Of a DNA stretch of 64,000 nt, positions 53,743 to 64,000 are shown piece by piece; the first letter of the stretch is position 1; each line of letters starts with the position of its first letter. The stretch comes from Eledone cirrhosa (Eukaryota), in the NCBI GenBank assembly GCA_964016885.1, contig OZ024741.1:311736001-311800000 (forward strand), read 5' to 3'. The notes under the pieces are model-generated. The model had not been told where the DNA came from and ran no database searches. It worked only from the letters and a program-made list of their open reading frames with translations. Both the position numbers and the translations under genes were made by a program.

Positions 53743-54330
53743 AAACTCAGAAATAGACATTTAATTTCTCTGACAGACCCCGCCAAATTTAGATTAGAAA
53801 ATGGCTAAGATCGCTATGTAGCTGTGTACCAGCCAGAGAGAAAGCGTGTGATTGGTCGCTTACGGCGGGTAGGCATGCTGCTAGAAAGCGCAGCCATATA
53901 TCGCCAAATTTAATCCCAACCGATAGGGAGATTATTAAATATAGAGGTTATCACATACATAAAATTGAATTAAATTAAATCAATAATACATATATGTGTT
54001 GCAACTGTTCACTTTTAAGCTCAATGAAGAATTAATAAGTTAAAATCAAAAAATCAGAGCATTATATCATAAAACGTGTCTATAGAATCAATCAGATATT
54101 AAAATATATACTATTTGAAAGTCAACAGTTGACATAATCTTGTAATCTTGTATCAGTAATGACGGTAATATATATATATAAGTGTGTGTGTGTGCGTGTA
54201 AGTGAGTAGAGTAGCGTGTGTGTGTGTTTGTTTGTATGTATGTGTTGCTGTGTGCGCGCATATGTATGCGTGTGTGTGTATGTCGTACGCATAAGTGTCA
54301 ATAAGTGATTTTTTTTTTTTTTTTTTCTTT

Positions 54331-54612
54331 GCGCGGGGACATAGAAATAATCGGGCTGGATGCCCGATCGCGCAGTTAAACCACTGGGAGTGAAGAACCC
54401 CTAGCCCTTGTCAGGGCATTCTTCTAGGAGAAGGCATCTCAGGAAACTGGGTTAACTCCGATATAAAACCTGCGGCTCAGTAGTTACCGATGATGTTGAT
54501 CTTTTCTTCTTTTCGGGTTATAGCTACTGTCGCTCAGAGAGTGGGATTGGCTCAGTGCACAGTCTTTCCTCACTTTAAAAATATCCGTCACGCACAGGCA
54601 TTGCACGAGTGC
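54331..54612 (+). mobile_element. RTE-derived non-autonomous element, second subfamily
   Basis: Reverse complement of ~14660-14900, with a (TTA)n tract nearby. Confidence 0.55.
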
Positions 54613-54635
54613 ATTAATAATTATTAATAGTGTAC

Positions 54636-54680
<45 letters not shown>

Positions 54681-54859
54681 TATTATTACTTTTTTTTTTT
54701 TTTTTTTTTTTCAATTCAATGATGTTCCAGAACAATGTAAAAGAGATAATTTGAAATTTAGGTTCTGGAACAAAAAAGATCATTGGCAATAAGGGCAGGG
54801 GCCCCAAGTTATCACAGCATGGGCCAGCTCGTCATCGTGCCATTGTAATAGAGCCAAAC

Positions 54860-56101
54860 AAGGCATTTAGTCTTGGCTGCTGGAACGTACGGACGCTGCT
54901 TGACAGGGATTCCTTGGAGCGTCCTGAACGAAGGACCGCTCTTGTTGCAAAGGAGCTTCGACGTTACGATCTTGACATCGTGGCTTTATCTGAGACGAGG
55001 TTAGCTGAAGATGGTCATCTTACGGAATTTTGTGGAGAATATACATTCTTCTGGAAAGGAAGAGATGAAGAAACCAGAAGAGAGGCTGGGGTAGGATTTG
55101 CTGTTAAGACTGTACTTGTGAATAAATTAGAAGAATTCCCAGTAGGGATTAGTGAGCGTCTTATGTCCATGAAAGTTCCGCTGGACAAAGGAAGATATGC
55201 TACCCTGGTGAGTGTGTATGCTCCAACTATGAATTCTGTCGATGAAGAAAAACTGTCCTTTTACCATGCCTTGAAAGGTGTTCTAAGAAATATCCCTCAG
55301 GCAGACAAAGTCATCGTGCTTGGTGACTTTAATGCTAGAGTGGGTAGGCATTTTAATACATGGAATGTAATCGGAAGGCATGGGGTGGGAAAGTGTAACA
55401 GCAATGGTATGCTCCTGCTTCAGATGTGCGAAGAGCTGGATCTGCGTGTTACCAACACCATGTTCCAACAAAAGAACAAATTCAAGACCACATGGATGCA
55501 TCCTGCATCTAAGGAATGGCATCTTTTGGACTACGTCCTAGTCAGGATGCGTGACAGTCAGGATGTGCAGTGTGTTCGTGTTCTTCGTGGAGCTGAGTGC
55601 TGGACGGACCACCGCCTGGTACGCGCAAAAGTGAAACTAATCACCAAACGTAAAATCCGGGCACCTGGTGTTACCCTGCCCAACAGATTGAATGCTGCTC
55701 GTCTTAAGGATAAAAATGTGAAGAGGACATTGGAAGAAGAGATGCACGCTGCAGATCTTGGTGAGAATTGGCCGACCCTTAAAAAGTCGATTTATGATGT
55801 AGGCAGGCGTGTTCTGGGATTGGTGCAGAGAAAACATCAGGACTGGTTTAATGAGAATGATGTACATATAGAAGACTTGTTGGCTGATAAGAGGCGTGCT
55901 CTGTCACGCTACTTGACGGCAAAACCACAGGAGAGGACTACGTTGCATGAGGAGCTCAGGGATGTAAAATCACGTGTTAGGCGGAGTCTTTCTCAGATGA
56001 AGGATCAGTGGTGGAGTGAGAAGGCTGGTGCGATACAAACTGCGTCTGATTCCAATAACACAAAGCTGTGGTACAGTCTCTTGCGTGAGGTTTATGGACC
56101 G

Positions 56102-56125
<24 letters not shown>
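54860..56125 (+). mobile_element. RTE LINE 5' portion: open APE endonuclease ORF, truncated before RT
   Basis: GCWNVRTL, RPERRTALVAKEL, DIVALSETR, VYAPT, LGDFNARVG, LDYVL and TDHRLV. Confidence 0.92.
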
Positions 56126-57157
<1,032 letters not shown>

Positions 57158-57294
57158 GTATATATATATATATACATGTATATATATATGTATATATATA
57201 TAAATATACATATATATATACATATATATACATATATATATATATATATGATAAAGAACACAAGAGCGTTTACAACATCAAAAGATTTTTATTG

Positions 57295-57339
57295 GCTTAC
57301 AATGTTTCTTCCTTACGTAACCGTACGATTCGTCAGAGC
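57295..57339 (-). ncRNA. Minimal type I hammerhead
   Basis: GCT-CTGACGA-[..TACG gtta CGTA..]-GAAA-CAtTG-TA-AGC. The base of stem II is imperfect. Confidence 0.6.
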
Positions 57340-57947
57340 TATAAGAGGGGTTTGATTGGTGTTATGGACTCTACCAACCAAACATTCAAGAACAAAGAGT
57401 AAAGAGAGTAAAGAGCAAAAGTAGGGGACGATAAGTCTAATTTTGGTGCGGGAGGGTGGGGTTGGGGTCCTTGTTTACTAGCTGTGGTCATATTCATTCC
57501 CGGGAGTCGAGTGGTTAGTTGAGCCATAGATGGGGTGGCGTCGATAGTAGGGTGCAGAGGGTGTGCAGAGGCTACACACACACAAAGGGCATACAATATA
57601 TATATAACGGAGGAGAAAGTACATGAGGTAATTAGAAATGGAAAAAGAATAAGAATAATCTATAGTTAATAATGTATAATAAGGCATGGGGAAGATTACA
57701 CTATAATAAGGTATAAAAGTAAGAATAAGGTAAAATATAAAGGAGGATAAAAGTGAAAATAACAATAATAGCTAAGAAGCTTGAAACTAGTACATCGTTC
57801 CTGTGTCAGTGTTGAACAAAAAGGTGACGGGGTTGCCTTAATACCGTACGGCATAAATCAGGCTGTCCGCTTGTTTACAAACGGACAAAGCGGGCGTTAT
57901 AAGAAACGTCCGCTAAACTGATACGTACATATATATATGTGTACCTG

Positions 57948-57983
<36 letters not shown>

Positions 57984-58219
57984 CATGCTACTGTACTTCT
58001 GTATACATATATGTATGTACGTATACATACATACTTACATTTAAGTAAGTGCCGTATTAAGAGTGAGAAATGAAATTTCGTTTCATTATATTACAACTTA
58101 TCGTTTTCGGTACGCCTGGCCGACTAAACTCACTCGATATGCAAATTAGGCTGCTCAGCCATTAATTTTCATAAGGAAAGTATATACTTTCGAACGTTCA
58201 ACTATCTGGCAGAAGGGTA

Positions 58220-58264
58220 AACGGTGCTGATGATAGCTAAGAAGCTTGAAACTAGTACATCGTT
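58220..58264 (+). ncRNA. Minimal type I hammerhead (array 2)
   Basis: Same as 8974-9018 with loop II aaga. Confidence 0.8.
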
Positions 58265-58409
58265 CCTGTGTCAGTGTTGACCAAAAAGGTGACGTGGTTG
58301 TCTTAACACTGTACGGCATAAATCAGGCTGTCCGCTTGTTTACAAACGGACAAAGCGAGCGTTATAATAAACGTCCGCTAAACTGATACGTACATATATA
58401 TATGCGTAC

Positions 58410-58446
<37 letters not shown>

Positions 58447-58855
58447 CATGCTACTGTACTTCTGTATACATATACGTATACATACATACTTACATTTAAG
58501 TAAGTGCCGTCTAAGAGTGAGAAATGAAATTTCGTTTCATTATATTACAACTTATATATATATATATAAATGGAATAGAATGAAACGAAATTTCATTTCT
58601 CACTCTTAGTCGACACTTACTTAAATGTAAGTATGTATGTTTGTATGTATACGTATATACATATATCTATACAGACGTAGAGTAGTATGTGTATATATAC
58701 ATACATGCACACATATATATATATTTGCACGTATCGGATTACCGAACATTTATTATAATGCTCCATTTGTTTGTTTGTAAACAAACGAAGAGCTCGAATT
58801 ACGCCGTACAGTGTTTAGGCAACCAGGTCACCTTTATGTTGAACACTGACACAGG

Positions 58856-58900
58856 AATGATGTACTGGTTTCAAGCTTATTAGCTATCGTCAGCATCGTA
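58856..58900 (-). ncRNA. Minimal type I hammerhead (array 2), core CTGACGA
   Basis: GATG-CTGACGA-tAGCT aata AGCTt-GAAA-CcAG-TA-CATC. Sibling copies at 59299-59343 and ~59788-59832 have core mutations. Confidence 0.7.
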
Positions 58901-59966
58901 TACCTTCCTGCCAGATGGTTGAACGTCTGAAAGTATATACTTTCCTTATGCATATTTACGGCTGAGCAGCCTAATTTGCATATCGAGTGAGTTCAGTCTG
59001 CTGGGCGCACCGAAAACGATAAATGGAATAGAATGAAACGAAATTTCATTTCTCACTCTTAGTACGGCACATGCTTAAATGTAAGTATGTATGTATATAT
59101 ACGTACATACATATATGTATATAGACGTACAGTAGTATTTATATTTATACATACATGCACACATATATATATGCACGTGTCGGTTTTACCGAACATTTAT
59201 TATAATGCTCGGTTTGTTTGTAAAGAAACAAACAGCCCGAATTACGCCGTACAGTGTTTAGGCAAACACGTTACCTTTTTGTTGAACACTGACACAGCAA
59301 CGATGTACTAGTTTGAAGCTTATTAGCTATCGTCAGCACCGTATACCTTTCTGCCAGATGGTTGAACGTCCGAATGTATATACTTTCCTTATGAAAATTA
59401 ACGGCTGAGCAGCCTAATTTGCATATCGAGTCAGTTCAATCGGCTAGGCGCACCAAAAAGGATAAATGGAATAGAATGAAACGAAATTTCATTTCTCCAT
59501 CTTAGTACGGCACTTACTTAAATGTAAGTATGTATGTATGTATGTATGTATGTATGTATGTATGTATGTATGTATGTATGTATACGTACATACATATATG
59601 TATACAGACGTACAGTAGTATGTATATATATACATACATGCACACACATATATATATGCACGTATCGGTTTACCGAACATTTATTATAATGCTCGGTTTG
59701 TTTGTTTGTAAACAAATAAACAGCCCGAATTACGCCGTACAGTGTTTAGGCAACCACGTCACCTTTTTGTTGAACACTGACACAGCAACGATGGACTAGT
59801 ATCAATCTTATTACCTATCGTCAGCATTGTATACCTTCTTGCCAGATGGTTGAACGTCTGAAAGTAAATACTACCGATACGTGCATAGATATATATATGT
59901 GTGTGCATGTATGTATATATATACATACTACTGTACGTATGTATACATATATATACGTACGTACGT

Positions 59967-60022
<56 letters not shown>

Positions 60023-61115
60023 AGGGCGGGTAAAATTCTCGAGATCAATGGAAGAGTTCTCCCCAGCGGTCTCTGTCCCTCATTATCGCTGCCATGTCCT
60101 GCATCTCCAACAGACCAGTGTCTGTCCTTAGGGCAGCAACATACGTTAACCTTGGTCTTCTTCTTCCAGTGTGTCCAAGTTTTTCGTGCAGTTAAAATGA
60201 TACGCATTTCATCGCTAAATAAATCAGTATATTTAGATGCGTATATAAGGGCTTTATTAAACATTTTAAAAGATATATAAGGGCTTTATTTAAACATTTT
60301 AAACGATTGTTTTGTATTTTGGGTCTTTTTTTTGTTTTTTTTTAAATCGCCTAAAACTTTTTGTAGTTTTTTATAGTCTTAATTTTTATATTTTTATAGT
60401 CTTAATTTTTATAGTCTGAATTTTTAAATGGTTTTAGTATATACATTTAATTAATTATTTAATCTTTTGTAAACTTTCGTAATATTTCGTAATCTTTGTA
60501 ATTTGTCTAATCTTTTAAGGATTGACTTACAACCAGTAACAAAGTCTGGCTAACTATATGTTTTAAACATATTTTTGTCAAACTTATCTCATAATAACCA
60601 ATAAATAAACAAAACTGGATTTTCAATATTTTTCCAATGTAAAACATTATGCATTTAAATAATTTATCATCTATAACATGATCATACTCATCTATATTCA
60701 TATATTCTTATTAATATATTTTAATATATTTTATTTTAATATATCTTTATTTTTTAAAATATCTTTATTTTTAATGTAAATATAGCATACACACATGATG
60801 TATTTACGATATACGTTACTCATCCTTGGATAAACTTATTTCTTCGCACTCTCTTCCTTCACTTTTTTCACTATAACTCTGCATATAATAATATATTTTC
60901 CTCTATTTCTTTGTCTCTCTTCTTTTTCTCTCTCTTCTTCCAACATTATAATTTAAATAAGCGGTGTTTTTTTCGATTTTTTCGGACATTCATTTTGCAT
61001 ACTCAAACAGAACTTTGAATTACCCTCAATAAACATTTTTTCCATTGTCCAGCGAACCTTCAACCGTCAAGTTTGATTTTCTAAGGGTATGTGAACATTT
61101 ATAAAACAAATTTTG

Positions 61116-61180
61116 TATTTTATCTGACGAAAGCGCAGCTAAACCGCCTTGGTTGCCCTTGAAATATATATAATAAAATA
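61116..61180 (+). ncRNA. Type I hammerhead ribozyme
   Basis: TATTTTAT-CTGACGA-[AAGcGCAGCTAA accgcc TTGGTTGCcCTT]-GAAA-TATATA-TA-ATAAAATA. Confidence 0.85.
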
Positions 61181-61601
61181 ATTATTGCTTTATAAATATA
61201 GTTTCCATTTATTAATATATTGTATATATATATATATATAATTATATATTCTTGTACATATATTTTTGTATACACAATTACAAAATATAAACAAAAGTAT
61301 TTATTTCACGAGGCTCCACACCAGCAAAAACAACATAAAAAATGAGAGGGAACGCAATTACATGCTTTTGAAAAATTATTTTCCTATTCACCCAAGGTGA
61401 CTTCACTTTTTATTAGGACCTCTGCATCAATTGGTGAACCTACGACGAATCTGTTTAAGAAAGGAGGGATAAATATCTATGTTTAGAATCCCGAACAACG
61501 ACAGGCTATTCTGCTATAATAAAGAAAGGAGTGCGGACTGCATCCAAAATATAATTTTTTATCCAGTTTGTAAAATAAGTTGGATTACTTTGAATAAATA
61601 A

Positions 61602-61788
61602 TTGTTTCTACTTTAGGCACAAGGCCAGCAATCACCCAGTACATTACTGGTACTTTATTTTATCGACCTCGTAAGGATGAAATGTAAAATTAACCTCCAC
61701 GGGATTTGAACTCAGACCATAAAGGGACGTAACTATGCTACAAATCATGACGTCCAACCCTCTACCCATACTGCCAATTCACCGCCCT
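61602..61788 (-). mobile_element. tRNA-derived SINE
   Basis: ggcggtgaattggcagtatgggtag A box and gagttcaaatcc B box. Confidence 0.8.
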
Positions 61789-62100
61789 TTGAATAAACCA
61801 TGAATGCATATTACATAATTTATCTACTAAATTTCGTAACACATGATTAAACATATATTAAAAATATTATTGCATAATTCAAGACTCACTTCTTTTAAAG
61901 AATTCAAATTTCAACAATTCCGGTATATATATGTATAGAGAGAGAGAGTGAAAGAGAAAGATGAAGCGATTTGGATTTATTTCAATACGCTGATGTGTGT
62001 GCGTGTGCGTGTGTGTATGTTGTTGTTCTTTGCTTTATAAAATTGCTAGAGCGAGAAAGAGAGATTGTATGTGTGAGTATATAAAGAGAGCAGTGATTCT

Positions 62101-62163
<63 letters not shown>

Positions 62164-62295
62164 GTTTGAATATGTATAATAAAGCCAAAACAATGCAGGT
62201 ATGGACATAGAAAAAAGAATGCAATTGCAAAAGATATTGTTGACAAATCGTCTTTTACCTTAGATTTGTTTAAATGTCCTTAATTTTCGAGATAA

Positions 62296-62469
62296 TTGTT
62301 TCTACTTTTAGGCACAAGGCCAGCAATTATCCAGTGCATTACTGGTACTTTATTTTATCGACCCCGTAAGGATGAAAGGTAAAGTCAACCTCGGCGGGAT
62401 TTGAACTCAGATCGTAAAGGGACGTAACTATGCTGGAAAGCATGGCGTCCGACCCTCTACCGATACTGC
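62296..62469 (-). mobile_element. tRNA-derived SINE, slightly 5'-truncated
   Basis: Same family as 61602-61788. Confidence 0.8.
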
Positions 62470-63851
62470 GAGATAATATCTCTTCTTCAGAGGGAAATAA
62501 AGGTCTCAAACCAGCCTTCTAAATATCTTGCCAAGCCATGCTGACAGGAAATAGTATAGAGTATCTGTTCTATCTCTAATGTCAAAGAGTTAAAATTAGA
62601 TGGATAAAGAGTAGTCTCCCTTTAAAAGGGGTTTGTTTAGGGTTTTTTTTTTTTTAAATATACATGCCTGTTTAAGTGTGTGGGAGAATGCATGAAGGTG
62701 TAAGTATGTGAGTGTGTGTGTGTGAGTGTGAGAAGATAAGTCTATTCGTAAATGTGGGGGATAGGTGTTATCTGGTGTTAGAACTGGTTTTGTGTGTGTA
62801 TGTGTGAGAGAGAATAAGTGGAGGTGTAAGCGTGTGTGTGGGTGTGTAAATATGGGGCTAGAAGCCCTATCAGGTTATAAATTGGGTGTTGAGTTCTAGT
62901 CTATTATTGATTGGTGGTTGTGTTTTATCTATAATTAGTGCTTCCTTAATTCTAAGATTGCCGAGGTTTCTTTCCTTAGTTTCTATCCTATCTGTTATGG
63001 TTTTGTCGGTGTGTTTGCATTTAACTAGGTGTTTCTTAAATGAGGAAGCGTTAGTATTGGGGTGTTCTTTTATTCTTATGTGGAGTGGTCTGGTGGTGCT
63101 ACCTACGTAGAAGTTGTTGCATTTGTCACACTCTAGTCTGTATACGACGTAAGCCTGGTGGCATAGGTCTGTGTCGTTGATGGGGCAGTTGGCTAGTCTG
63201 CAGCAGTTGTCATGTCTGGTGGGGTGTCTTTTGGTTAGCTGTTCGCGTAGAGAAGGACCTGAGTGGGCCAGTTGGATATCTAATCCCTCTCGTCTGATGG
63301 CTATGCGGATGGCTGTTGTTGTTTCTTCACTGAAGTGTGGGAGCTTCAGGAAGCAAGTGTTAGTGCCTCGGGTGTGGTGTCCTCTGTTCTTTCTGGCATG
63401 GTTTGTGGTGGATGTCATGTATCCGTTCAGTTTGAGTACTTCCAGGAAATGTGTGGTGTGTGTGTCTCGGTCTCCAGCGTCGGGGCATTTGTTCCGATTA
63501 CGTGCCAGTTCGTTCCTTATGTATCCGAACTTGGCACCGAGTGGGAGGGCCGATCTGAAATGTATGAACAGGTCCCTGCTGGCGGCTTTTTTATAGAAGC
63601 AGGTGTGGACGTTGCCTTCCTCTGTTACCCTGAGTTGGAAGTCCAGTAGGGATAGGGGTCCGCGGTCATCGGGGTGTTCCATGCTGAACTTTATACTGGC
63701 GTCCATGCTGGAGAATGTTGTGCATATTTTATCTGCCTCCTCACGGGATGATGTAAGGATGAGTATGTCATCTACATATCGGGTGAAGAAGGCATGGGAA
63801 TGGCAGGTGTTGAGGGCTCGGCATTCTAGCTGGTTCATGTAGGTGATGGCC

Positions 63852-63852
<1 letters not shown>
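62470..63852 (-). mobile_element. 5'-truncated Penelope-like element: RT C-terminus + GIY-YIG endonuclease (ORF 62870-63838) and 3' UTR
   Basis: TRYVDDIL, LSLLDFQL, VVYRLECDKCNNFYVGSTTRPLHIRIKEH, IKEALII. The UTR ends in a half hammerhead. Confidence 0.92.
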
Positions 63853-63900
<48 letters not shown>

Positions 63901-64000
63901 TGTAACTATTATCGCGCAAACACAAACTTATAATATACGCTCACGGACATACATTTACGCAAATACACATACTTTGACGCATATACATTTACACAAACAC

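Larger units (their letters stand above)
57767..59870. repeat. Second, more diverged array of the ~470-bp HHR family
   Basis: ~1.7 plus units, then ~3 minus units, meeting at (TA)n ~58555-58568. Confidence 0.92.

Noticed and set aside
61700-61788. tRNA gene
   Set aside because: A and B boxes are present but there is no cloverleaf; it is the head of a multi-copy SINE.

Overview
AT-rich, microsatellite-laden eukaryotic DNA. The SINE, RTE and (TA)n repertoire suggests a cephalopod such as Octopus (inference). Almost all long ORFs are decayed retroelements: R4/Dong-like and CRE-like RLE LINEs, L1/Tx1-like LINEs, RTE and Penelope-like elements (PLE). There are also tRNA-derived SINEs, RTE-derived non-autonomous repeats and a non-autonomous Helitron with a visible empty site. 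The only host coding signal I can support is two phase-compatible minus-strand exons, a signal peptide (21590-21653) and an EGF-like repeat (13667-13801). The main hidden signal is non-coding: roughly 30 intact or decayed type I hammerhead ribozyme (HHR) motifs from more than ten sequence families with no obvious similarity outside the core. They include a ~470-bp tandem, retrozyme-like repeat with one HHR per unit. Most HHR elements end in (TA)n tracts, and many form foldbacks of one fixed polarity. All motifs were read and paired by eye, element boundaries are approximate, and no activity has been shown.
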